A stretch of DNA of 64,000 nucleotides from Nemertoderma westbladi. Taxonomy: Eukaryota > Animalia > Xenacoelomorpha. The DNA lies in NCBI GenBank assembly GCA_032718475.1, contig JAUCBJ010008675.1, positions 1 through 64,000 of the forward strand, read 5' to 3'. Below are positions 12,286-24,546 of the stretch, one piece after another. The position numbers were made by a program, and so were the translations under genes. The notes below the pieces were generated by a model. That model worked only from the letters and a program-made list of their open reading frames with translations. It had not been told where the DNA came from and searched no databases. The first letter of the stretch is position 1; every line of letters starts with the position of its first letter.

Positions 12286-12692
12286 TGTGATTTGTTATAT
12301 TTTATAGACTGAAAATCCCATTTTCTGGGAGCGGTGTAAAAGCTTTTGCTGAATTGTCCGGTTATTTTTCCTTATTTTTCCCGAAAAATACTCTGTAGTT
12401 GGTTTACCAGGCATAAAAAGGCCGTGTCCTTGCTGTACTGGTGTTTTAGCGGACATAAAAGCTATTTCTTCTGTATTTGTACTTTAGAGGACATAATCCG
12501 TAATTCCGTGACGTAAAAGCTCGATACTCTTGAAAACAGTGTCGCTACCATGACGACGGCTAGCAGCTGATATTGCCACGTCGACGTTTCTTTGTTTCTT
12601 TGTTCTCTCGTTGTTCAGGTTGACCAATCAGAGCGTTTGTTGTCTCTGTGTTGGAGGTATATACAGAAACTCAGTAGTTCAGTAGCGCAACG
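12286..12692 (+). repeat. Proximal (U3-like) part of the BEL LTR (copy P) with CCAAT, TATA-like and Inr-like motifs
   Basis: Aligns to the reverse complement of about 26370-26755. GACCAATCAG at about 12622, GTATATAC at about 12657, TCAGT at 12671 and 12679. Confidence 0.8.
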
Positions 12693-13413
12693 TCTCCGCG
12701 GATGTTTATGTCTTTCCGTTTGCTGATTGGGTCTAGGACATTCGTCGCAGTAGTACCAAAGACGCACGTCCTGCAAGGGAAACGCGGGTGATCGTTCTCC
12801 AGTTTTACAATATTCCTCCATCTGTTCGAAGCTATCTGGGACGACAGGTAGCGGTCGATCGGCGGTAAGATACATCATAGTGAAATAGAGTAGTTTGAGT
12901 TCTATCATAGGATCATGATGTATACCTTGGGGATATCGAGTTTTGAGATTTTGTTGACTGGCAATATTGAGATATGTCTCTCTCAGGAATTCCAGATAAT
13001 CGTTGAAGTCGCTGCGTTTATCTGGCTCTTCAACGTCTTCCCTTTCGAGTTTGTTTCGAATAGTGTTCTCGTGTTCTATTCTCGGTTTATCGTTCCGACT
13101 CCGCTGGGTATGATATGTAAATAAAACCATTTCCCTTTCGGTGTCTACATCGTCCGTATCGTGTAAATCGATAGGATGGCCAGTAGTTAAGAAGTCCATA
13201 TACGTACCATTACGATGCGTATAGCGAGCGGTGAACTCTATAATCCAATTCACGCGTAAGTTGCTCCTGGGACATTGGCGGTTCGATATAACGACCATCA
13301 TCCTCCGTAGTAGTTGGACCAGCGTCGCCGCGTATCAAGCTATCGACAAACGCTTGTAAAGGTAGAGTATATCGCTCCCTGATGCCAAGATCATCTTCTA
13401 TCAACTCAGTCAT
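12691..13413 (-). pseudogene. N-terminal part of the accessory gene of M (one frameshift near 13238)
   Basis: ORFs 13210-13413 and 12615-13301 together match the 230-aa ORF of P. Homology ends at 12691, where LTR sequence begins. Confidence 0.85.
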
Positions 13414-15019
13414 ATCTGCTATGAGTTTATCAATATTATAATGAGTTTATATATTAGGCTAGCGGGCGTCGCTGCCTACCCTTCTTTTGCCCCCGGACAG
13501 TGCAAGATCCTCAGCGCCGATGTACCGTCGTCGCTGTGCTTTCGCCAACGATGTAGCTACACAACGACAACGATAACTGGCACAAGTCACTCCACTGTCC
13601 GTCCCAAAGGCTTAGATGTACTTCAGGTTCTTTATGGAGAGTTAGGGCTACTTTCACAATTGCGACTCGCTACTGTAAACACACCTTAGTAGTATCATTC
13701 ACCTACAAACGCACAAATTCAACACAACTGCCATAAACTACACACATTCGGGCCATTTGTCCGTTAGTCAGTACCTTCCAGAATGTCACTGTATTTATTA
13801 TGTATCCTTGGATACTAGCAGTGCGCTATTTTTTCACTATGCTATTCAATGGGGCAAGCTTTCTATTGTTCTTTTAACTCACTTCTAATTCTAGCGTGGT
13901 TGTTGCCATGGTGACATTATGGAAAGCTAGCGGTAGAATTAGGGTAATTCTCATGCATACAGATCTGGGATGCTATTTAATAGTAATTCTTTAATTGTCA
14001 ATATCCTCTCTATATATGATTTTATGAATTTTATCGGCTATTGACTATATATTGGAGATTCTCGCACACAAATACACTTAATAGAGTGAATCTCCGCTCC
14101 CATGATCTATTAATTAATGGAATTTTGGGAATGTTATAAATTGTATAAAATTACAATTTATTTAATTCATTGAAATATATGAATTTAAATTTATTCCCGT
14201 AAATTTTATTATTTAATATTAAAATAGACACAATTTTATTCCAGAACGTGTCTGGGGACTGGGATCCTTGATTCTAGGAATTTTGTCCTTTTAAGAGTAT
14301 CGGTAAGTGCTACGATATCTTAATCGACTAGAATTTTAAAGGATCTGATATTTGACAGATTTGGTAAATATTAATAATTAATATTTAGGATGGGCACCAG
14401 TTTATTCCAGAACTTGTCTGGGGACGTTAACCACTGATTCTAGAATTTTGTCTTTCAAGTATATCGGTGGGTGCCACGATATCTTAATCGACTAGAATTG
14501 CAGATGGTCAAAGGGTTTAACAGATTTATTTTGCGTTATACGCTACTGTTAAAGGGACATCACGCTACTATATGTATTATTTAATATACGGTATGAGAGC
14601 AATATCGCACGAAGCAATGTCAGTGTGAAGAGGCAAGTCGTTTCCAAGGTCTACCCAGAGCTTGGTTTAGCCGAGACACGAGGATCTGAACTTTGCATTC
14701 CTAATACTCTGCCTACCAATAATACTTGAATATAGTAGTGGCTTTATTGTACTTTAATAAGTACGGACATTTCATCTTACTGTAATTACGTATTCGTAAT
14801 GTAATACGGGCAGTAAGGAAAGAGAAAAAGAATTATTTCTCGCCGTCACACTAAATATATGATATAAGTAATTACATAATAATCGCGAACATATTGCACT
14901 AATCTACTAAATAATCGCTAAAATAACATGCTACTAAATAAAATTAAATAAAACGATTATAATAAAATTACATAATAATACATACATAAATATAAAATAA
15001 TAAGAATATAAAATAATAT

Positions 15020-15036
15020 GGTCACACACCCACTCC
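15020..15036 (-). promoter_or_regulatory. Polypurine-tract-like site plus TGTGACC after the pol stop (element M)
   Basis: Minus strand reads GGAGTGGGTG|TGTGACC just after the TAG at 15045. Confidence 0.55.
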
Positions 15037-15044
15037 ATATGCTA

Positions 15045-18000
15045 CTAAGCTGGGGAGTCCCTAGATGTTTGTTGGATTAGGGAGGTGGTCGTGGGAAGAG
15101 TATCTTGCCTCCCATAGTTTCCGGAGAGTTCTCTGTCTCTTTCCAGTAAACATAAGCGACCAACTGGGCGATTGAGCTGCTGTGTCTCGAAGACAATTCC
15201 CGGTTTCTTGAAGTTACGTCGCATGACGACGAGTTCTACCGATCGCACCAAACCGTCATCCGAGATGTGAGTCTCGATGATACGACCTGTCTGCCACCGC
15301 TTACGTGGAAGATCTACATCCACAATAAGAACCATGTCTCCAGCGCTGACGTTTTCTTGCTGCGCAAACCACTTAGTTCGAAGTTGTAGCGTGGGCAGAT
15401 AATGTTTTTCGAAATGGTCAGCGAAACGACGGGATAACAACTGCATGAGTTGCCAAGTTTGCCGACAGTATTCGTCTCCGTCTGTGATTTCCGATTGTGG
15501 TAACATGGCTACAGGTTTCTTCAGTAGGAAGTGCGCGGGTGTTAGCGCTTCCAGGGAATCGGGACTCGATGAGACTGGCATAAGCGGTCTCTCGTTGAGA
15601 TAGGCGGCGATTTCCTCCATTAACGTCCGCAAAAGTTCGTCTGTGAGATACGCGCGGCAAGGCACTATAAAGTGAAATGCTGTCTTCACACTTCTTATTA
15701 ATCTCTCCCAACTTCCTCCCCACCAAGGGGCGTCAGCAGCGTTGAAGGTCCAGCTAGACGCTGTTACTCGTAGCTGATCGTCCACCTGTCTTTGGTTCCA
15801 ATCTTTGACGTAAGCTTTGATTTCATTGTTGGCACCAATGAAGTTAGTTCCCTTATCAGATCTCATCGTGTTACTAGTGCCAAAGCGAGCGATCGTCGTC
15901 GTAAGCTTAATAGAAAGCTGTTGGTAGATAAATCGTTCACCATATCGACATGGATAGCTCTACAAGTCATACAAACAAAGATGACACACCATCTCTTGAC
16001 TATAGTCCTAGCACGATATACTTCAATAGGGCCAAATAAATTCACACCGGTATTAGTAAAGGGTGGTTCATAGAAGCTTACTCGTTCCCTAGGTAATTCT
16101 GCCTCTCGCTGTGTTAAAGGCCTACTGAATGCTTTCCTACAGGGTATGCAGTTCCTAAGAACTTGGTTCAGAGCTCTACGGGGTTTATAAAAATAATAGC
16201 GAGTTCGAATTTCGCTAATAACTCGTTCCCTACCAGCATGATAAAGTTTGCTGTGAACGTCTACAATCATCTTGACTTGTATTTCAAGATTTCTAATGAG
16301 TATGGGAAACTTAGTGTCAAAGGATAGTGGAGCATTCGTTAATCTTCCTCCAACAAGTATCAACCCATCTATCATTGTGCTAGAGAAACGATCCCTTAAG
16401 CGCATCCGTGGATTTCTCAACAACAGGAAATACTTATCGGAATCTTCATAGCATTGCAGGAGTCTCAGCATCTGCTTGTTGGTTTCTTCATGCTCCTGAT
16501 AACTGATCTTCTCCTTCAGAAACCTGTCGGGTATCTTATATTTGGGAAGATCTTTAATAACATGGACCTGCACTGATGTTATTGGAGCGGTATCACCTTT
16601 GGCCTTCATCCCGGAGTAGTAATGGTGAAAACATCTCTTTAAATATGTAACGGCCTTACAGAGCCGATTCCAGGAACTGTAGTGATGTATCGCTCTCTGC
16701 AGAAGAGGTGAGAGTCCTTGCGAGACGTCTGGTATTCCAGATTTCCAATCCTTATCACGGATTTCCACAACAAGTTTATTTGTGGCTGTGGATTTCTGAT
16801 CCAAAGCGTCGTCTCCGGAAGTATGTAGTACAGACAGATCTACCATAGGTTTGAATAACTTCGATTTACTCGCCCGAGTTTTAGGTTTGACTTTCTCCGC
16901 TCCCTTGGCCTGTCTAATCTCTGTGGTAGTAAGATGAGGAGGCCATTCTTCTTCTTCTTTGTAGAGGAAGTCTGGTCCACCTAGCCAGTCTGGAGTATCT
17001 ACCAGTTCTTGTGGAGTTGCTCCCCTGGAGGCGATGTCTGCTGGATTAATCGTTCCGGGGCAATGTCTCCATTGATCCATCGTTGTGCGACTGAGTATAA
17101 TAGCTACTCTGTTGGTAACGAAGACGCTGAACTGACAGACTTCATTGGTTATATACTCCAACACGAGTAAAGCGTCGGTCCAATAGACAGTTTTCTCCAG
17201 TGGATAGTCGATCTGTTCTGTTACATTCCGGCCGATGGCTGTAGCGTATAGAGCCGCCTTTAACTCCGCTCGAGGAACTTTCAACTTGTTGTTTATCAAT
17301 GCCTTAGAAGTAACCAAGGCAACTTTGATTCCGTCCGGAGTTTCCACCCTTAGGTAGGCTACTATACCTATTCCCATATCGCTGGCGTCTCCAAACACAT
17401 GGAGTTGATAGGAATACGTAGGGAGAACATGACCAAAATATGAACGGGAAATTATAAAGTTCTCGATGGCTGGTAGAGAATCTTCCCATTTCATCCACTT
17501 CTTTAATAATTCTCCCTTAAGTGGATCGTCCCATGAGTGGTTTTCAAGCCACATTTGTTGTACTAAACTCCGAGCAATCAATATAACTGGGCTAATAAAT
17601 CCCAATGGATCGAAATAAGTGCTCAGGATACTTAAACAAATCCGTTTAGTCCGAACTGGATTATCTCGCTGTTTTAGTTGGAAAAACAGGATATCTCTTT
17701 CTGTGTCCCATTTCAAACCAAGGGTCTTAGTTTCTGGGAGATCATCTTTTATTAGATCCAGATCTTTCGCTCCTCGATCTTCTATCGGGATCGACTCCAG
17801 AAACTTACGGGAGTTGCTGGTGAATTTAATTAATCGAAATCCACCTCTTTTTAAGCACTCTACCGTTCCTTTAGCGACATCAATGGCTTCTTCGACTGAT
17901 GGAAGGGACTTTAGATTGTCGTCCATGTATATATCCTTCTTGATGTTGTCAATCACCTCTTTAGAGAAGGCATCTCGGTTGTCATCCGCAGTGGTGCGCA

Positions 18001-21000
18001 CCACGGAACAGGCGTTTGAAGGGCTTGAGATTATCCCAAAAGCCTGGATGGTCATCCAGTACTCCACCGGTTTCTGGTTGAGGTCTCCTTCAGGCCACCA
18101 CAGAAATCGTAGGCTGTCTCGATCCCTATCCAGCGCCTTGACTTGTAAGAACATGCCTTCTATATCTGAGGCGAAAGCAATGGAATATTGTCTTAATCTT
18201 AAAAGTATTCCCAACAAGGATTGGAGTAAGTTGGGTCCGGGTAACAATTCAGAATTAAGGGATTGGCCCATATAGAGGGCGGAGCCGTCAAACACCACTC
18301 GTACTTCATGGGGTTTACCGGGTTTGGGAACATAATGGTGAGTTAAATAATACGTTCTCTCAGTTATAGGTGTTTCTTCCGGTACTAGCTCCGCGTATCC
18401 CTTGCTAATAAATTTCTTCAACTGTGTTCGATACATTTCTTTAGCTGAAGAATTTGCCGTAAGGCGTCGATGTAGTTGAGCAATTCTTTTCTCCGCCAAG
18501 GGTCTGTTGTTCACGAACTTTGGTTCTCGCTTTCGGAAAGGTAGACCGATCTCATATCTACCTTGATCTTTAAGAAAACGTGTAGTTGTCTCTTGGATCT
18601 GCTTGGCTCTTTCTTCCTCTACCGATAGGGCCTTATCGTAGGAATTGGGCTCTACAGCCTCTTGAGTAAAGAATAGTACGGCATGTTCATCCCGAGTCTT
18701 GGCATTATATCGTTCAATGACGTCATTAAGTTCGTCGTTATAGTCGTCTCGTTCTGATGGAAGAAGGAGCTGACATAAGTTCACTTGGTTTTGCCAAGTC
18801 TCGTTTTCCTTAAGGAGATCGATGGTATTCTCCTCATCGAAAAGTTGGTGGACATCGTCGTTATCTGAGGAGTATGGTGTTCCCTCAGTTAGATCATCTA
18901 ACTCACTGCCCTCGACTTCCCATTCTCTCACTTGACATACCTGGTCTTTCGGTAATCTTTCCATGAGAGTTCTACGGGAAGGGCCAGTAAAGTACCAACC
19001 CACTCTAGTTTTTCCCGCATAAGCTTGTAGTGGTTGCGGTTGAGCGGGCCGTTTCTCCAATGTCTCGAGCGCTTCATGCGCGTTTTGACCGATGAGTATT
19101 TGCACTCCAGGGTAATCGGTGTTGAATCTAGGTATTTCTAGCTGCTGGGTGAAATCGTCCTCATCCCAGTTATAAGGTTCCACTTGGGTGTTAGCGAAGT
19201 TCTTTATCGCCACCATTTTTACTGACCTTATACTATGTTCTCCTAGTTCATCCTGGGGGGTGGACAACGCACCTACAGAATAATCCACTATTACTGTAGA
19301 TTTCCAAACCTGCATAATTCCTGACATGCTTACCTTAGTTCGGAACTTGGGTTGTCCAGCAAAGATGTCTTCGGCTAGTTCTTTGTCGATGAATGTTCCT
19401 GTACTACCGGAGTCAAGGAGGGCGTTCACTACATAACTCCTTTTAGGTCCGTGGACCCTTACCTGTACTACAGGAAATTCTCGGATTCCTACATTGGAAG
19501 GTGGCGCTTTCCACGATGGTTGTCGATCAGAAGTAGTTAGGGTGAGGTCGCTGTCTGTGTCTTTTTCATACGTAAGTGCTCGATACACTGCGGTATTTAT
19601 CATGTAACAGGATTCACCTTCGTCGGAAAATTCATCTGTATAGAATCCTTCCACCTCAGAGCTTTGGTCAGTGTCGTTCACATCACTGAATTGGACATGT
19701 AGTTCGGAATCAGTTACCTGACTCGGACTATTTCGCTCGAATTCAGTGTGCAACAAGATATGATGTTTCGCACCGCACTTTGCACACCTTGTGTCGGAGT
19801 AACAGGTTCGCCGTTGGTGTCCTTGTCTGAGGCAATTATAACACAACTGCTTATCCCACATGACTTCCCGTCTCTCCGCTAATGATTTCTTCAGGAATTC
19901 ATCACACATATTCAAACGGTGAGTCCCGTCACATAGCGCACATTTCGGTTTGATGTTACTTACCTTATTTTGAATAACATTGTGCACACTCGTTCTTTCT
20001 TCGGGCTTTCTCACCTGAATTCTCTTGGGAGACGTAGGAGGAGTTTTTCTTACCTGTTCTCTCCTGTCATTGGTTCGAGACTTGAATTTACTTACCTGAT
20101 CTTTAGGCGTTTTATTGACATAATAAGATCTTTCAGTGTCTTTCCCGCTATCCTCTCCTTGAGAAGTCTGGCTTTCGCCGTCGTCTGTATAACACACTGG
20201 TGTTACCTTTCTCCTAGAGACGGGTTTCTCACTTACCTTGTTTTCCGGTGTCTTCTCTCTGGACTGCTTTATGAGCTGTAATTTCACTTCGCCATCCAAG
20301 AATGACATGAGATCAGCCATGGTAGGGTCTCGTTGTTGTTGTTCCATCATATATAACACTTTCTTGTCCCAGCGTGTACCTACTCCACCCTTCGGTAAAT
20401 TAGAAGCCACTGCTCTAATAACCATAGCACTCTGATACTCATGAGACTTACCTAGCCAATCTAATTGTCTGCAGATCTCCTGAATCTCATCGGAAAACTC
20501 TATAATCCCGCTGCTGATAAACTTTCGGGGCGCTACCAACTTTGCATACAAATACCCAGCTATGTTATTCCTATTACCATACCTGATGTTTAGTGTATCC
20601 CAAACTTGTCTTAATCCGTCTGGATGTCCAATAAACTTTAACGCCATTAACTTGGGAGATCCTTCCAAGCACTCGATGAGGAATCTAAGTTTCTCTCCAT
20701 TAGATAGCACAGAGTTCTGTATGTTATCTTTGTAATATTCATTAAAAGGTAACCATTTCATCTCATCTCCATTGAACTTGACTATCTCTCCCACGTTTAC
20801 CGCTTGGCGGGCTTTGGTTCTAGCCATTTGACGCGTAAAACTTTCTTGGGCCATCGTGTTATTTAATATCGAGTTATCGGTATATAAATTTCTCGGATTA
20901 TGATCAGGTCTATAGGGAATATCACTATCAACAGGTCTATAATTACCCTTAATAGGGTTTACTATAGGAGTTTCTACTTCGCTAGCAGTATAGATGCATG

Positions 21001-23089
21001 TAGGCTCCACACCTTGCGCATGAGATACTTCAGACCTAACGGGTTGACATATTGTTACAGAGGGTGGTGATATACCCTTTTGTAAATTTACTAATTTATC
21101 GCGTTCTAGCGCGATACTTTGCTGCACTTCTTGCAACTCTAACCTACTTTCCCTTACTGTGCCCTTGAATTGCTGAACGGTCTCCTGCATCTGCCCGAGC
21201 AGGAGATCCATCCCCCGTCGTCTCTCATCCACCCACTCGACCGCCAAAGCGGGAGCCGCCAACGTTGTAGCGGGCCGACGAGGGACAACGGGCGACAAAT
21301 CATTAATATTTCGCTCGGAGTCCAGGACATGAACATTTTCAAGGGTGGTTCTGTGGGGCACAGATAGCTTAGTGCTGTGCAGAGGGAATTTAGAGGTAGG
21401 TTCAGGGAGTACAGGTGTCTCTACCAACAAAGGGGTGGCTTCGGGAACAGGCCTAATTATTTCAGGCTCATCTACTATAGTAGGGAGTCTTTCTATTTTA
21501 ATTATTTGGTCTGTGGGTTCTGTACTACCTAAGTTTGTGTTATTTAGTTGCCTTCTAACAGCTGGAGGCAAATCAGGCAATTTCTGACGGTGGGATGTTC
21601 TTCTACGTCTGCTTAGACGAGATCTATTTCCTTTGCCTTCAGTATCGGTGGTATCGCCTTCCTCAGATGATGTATATCCCCGTCTTTTGGGAGTAGATCG
21701 ATTCATCATCTGCATATTACTAGCTGTTAACTGTTTATTTATGCAGTCTTGATTCTCCTGAATGTTTTCCAATTCTAATTGGGTGATTTCTTCAGCCGCT
21801 CTCCGTTCTGCTTCTGCCACTGCCTCTGCCACCTTTCTTTCCGCCTCTGCCGCTGCTACTGCCGCTTTTCTTTCTGCTTCTGCAGCTGCCACTGCTGCTG
21901 CCACTGCTGCTGCCTTTCTGTCTTCTATATGTTTTTTCTTCACTTGTTCTTCTTGGACTCTAGTGATGCGGAGTTGTTCATCAAATTTAGCTTGGTTCGC
22001 AGCTCTCATATCCACATCGATGGCGTCCAACACACGCTGGGTTCCTTCACTATTAGGGCTGAGTCCATCTAACCTTCTCCCCAACTCTTCATCTCCTAAA
22101 AAACGTTGATAGTCTGACAGATAGATGTCAATGGCATCCCTCTTATGCGGTTTCTCTGCCGTCGCTTCACTTTCCACTTGGGAAAAAGTAGCGTCTGTTG
22201 ATTCTCCATGGGTTGAGCGCTCCTCCAGCTGAGCTTTCCACTGAGCCGTTCCTTGAACCTGGAGACTCACCCGTTGAAACCAAGTCTTTACGGCAACTTG
22301 CAACGACGTGTCTTGTCTTCTTTTAGAAGCCTCCTCAAAGGCCGATAAGATGAGCCTGATTCGTAAAATTCTTTCTCTAACTTGATAAAGCAGCTGTACC
22401 TGCTCTTGAGGTCCTTGGGGTTGTTGAAACAATTGTTCTTTTAATCGCTCCATAGAGCTGAAGAATCCCTGTGCGTATCCGGCTGCGGACCTCTTCCACA
22501 CAGCTGGATCGATGGTTTCCTTGGTTACTCCCATCCTGTGTATATCTTCCCAGGCAGCTTCTGATAAATCAAACGGGAGTCTGGGTCCGGGGAAGTTCCA
22601 TTGCGACTCGACAATAGACTTCAGTTCTTCCCTTGTGTATCCCGCATAACTATCTTTAGTCGATCGCTTACTTCTCGCCCAATTGATCTGGTGTTCTTCC
22701 ACCGCAATCAATAACCTAGTGAGTACGGCTGCAGGAAGGATGAGAAGGGGATCCGAATAAACCGCATCCGTCATCTTTGCTCCGCGCTCGGGTGTCAGCT
22801 CTACAGTATCCTCACTACTGGAGCAGTCGGGCCATTGAGAAATAAGTTCTTGGCTCGCGGGTTGTTGTTGTTCCGCTGCTTCTTGGTCCCGCTTGACCTG
22901 AGCTCTAGTGCCTATGACAGACCTACGGTATTGGACCAGCCTAGGTTCTGATATTACTACTGGGGGAATGATCTTTCTTACAGTAGGAGGTGAGTTGAAC
23001 TTCGGTCTAACTCGTTCCACACTCCTGTCTGGGTCACATATGGTTGTATCTAGGAGACTGTCTGACAGGTTTTCCTTTGTGTCAGACAT
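15045..23089 (-). pseudogene. BEL/Pao Gag-Pol polyprotein (about 2680 aa when repaired), with a 1-nt frameshift in integrase
   Basis: Gag KFNGDEMKWLPF; knuckles CALCDGTHRLNMC, CYNCLRQGHQRRTC and CAKCGAKHHILLH; protease LLDSGS; RT YMDD; RNase H FGDASD; integrase HHCC and core. Comparison with P shows one base lost near 15893. Confidence 0.95.
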
Positions 23090-23224
23090 GTTGGTTTGTA
23101 CAGTTGAATGCCTACTGCTATATTACAGTTAAAGCAAGTTTAGTAATTCAGTATCAACTGTTAGCCTAGTAATTAATTACCGATACTGCTACTCAGTGTA
23201 GCGTGATATATATATAATATATTA

Positions 23225-23597
23225 GAATACCGGTATGCTTATGGTATATGTAAGTATTATTACAGACTAGGTTTGTCACAGAATACCGGTATGTAATTCC
23301 AGCACAAATATATATAAATATATAATAGGCCTATCGTGAATACCGGTATACAGCTTACACTTATAGTATATATAAGTATAATTATTAACTAGAATTAATT
23401 ACAGAATACCGGTATAATTTCAGCCTAAATTTATAAATATATAATAGGCCTATCGTGAATACCGGTATACAGCTTACACTTATAATGTATATATATAAGT
23501 ATAATTACAGACTAGAATTAATTACAGAATACCGGTATAATTTCAGCCTAAAATTTATAGAAATAAATATAATAAGCCTATCGTGAATACCGGTATG
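23225..23597. repeat. Tandem repeat in the leader of M (about 120-bp period, two GAATACCGGTAT per unit)
   Basis: GAATACCGGTAT recurs 7 times with alternating conserved flanks. Confidence 0.85.
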
Positions 23598-24546
23598 TCA
23601 ATTATTTTGGAATAATTGAATTTCTGAATTTTTAGGGGTTACTTGGTTACTTTAACTTACTTTATTACCGTTATTTAAGCAGTAGTCCAACTGATATTTA
23701 GACCTAATTGTTGTATGGCCGGGCAGGCCTACTATTTATAAATCTTTGAGTTGATTTATAATATATATACCCGTTAAAATGGGTTTTGTCAATATTTGAA
23801 ATAAATGTTATTATTTCTGGGGAAGTCACTACACAGAAGCTATGCGCTCTCAGTGAAGTGCTACTTGTTGGACACTAAAACAAATAATTCTAATTTACCT
23901 AAGTTACTTAATACTACAAATTACATACAATTCGGGGTGAGATTACAATCTCTAAATAAACACAAAAAATTTACAAGTACGAATTTTTAGGGTAATTTTA
24001 CAAGAAGTCTACTAACCAGCCTAACAAAGGGTTAGAAATCTGGTTATTACAACGGACAGAGTACTACGGTATTTGAAAATAATAAGTAGTAGTAAATATA
24101 CTGCGTTGTCCAGATAGAAAAATACCACCGTCTGACGACTTATAGCCGTATCGCTATAAGTACTACGTTATGTATCACGGAGTGTTCCTACCTAGAAGTT
24201 AATTACCGCGGTCTACCAGAACCAACGTGCCTATTAACCACTTTACAACACAAATATACTGCCTACACACTAATCACCTTCGGAAAGCACTGTACACTAA
24301 ACCCTAAATTAGGTACAAGTACTTATATAACAAATAATCAGTAGTTAGAAATACTTGAACAGCTAAAAGAACCACGGTATCTGCCGGAGTGACCAAAGCA
24401 CAAAATCTCCAGTCTTTACCTACGCCGAGCAGCCCTGATGTAGTACCGGGGTTAGTTTAACTGTAACGGTATGTATAACAAGCACAATTACTGCAGGAAT
24501 AAACTTGGGGAATGAATGTTGCGAATAATCGCATAAACTCTGAATA

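Larger units (their letters stand above)
4071..12692 (+). mobile_element. Nested, circularly permuted block containing a truncated second BEL copy (P) plus Gypsy and LINE fragments
   Basis: Flanked by CG on both sides. Removing it restores the accessory ORF of M in frame. It begins with the distal part and ends with the proximal part of the LTR. Confidence 0.8.

Noticed and set aside
17619-22109. Plus-strand ORFs (e.g. 218 aa at 17619) within gag-pol
   Set aside because: Antisense shadows of a long coding frame with no motifs.
23225-23597. CRISPR-like array (GAATACCGGTAT repeats)
   Set aside because: The intervening sequences are themselves repeated, the context is eukaryotic and there are no cas genes.
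24378-24395. TGGTCACTCCGGCAG (minus strand) as primer-binding site
   Set aside because: Not preceded by an LTR-terminal CA, and I cannot match it to a known tRNA 3' end.
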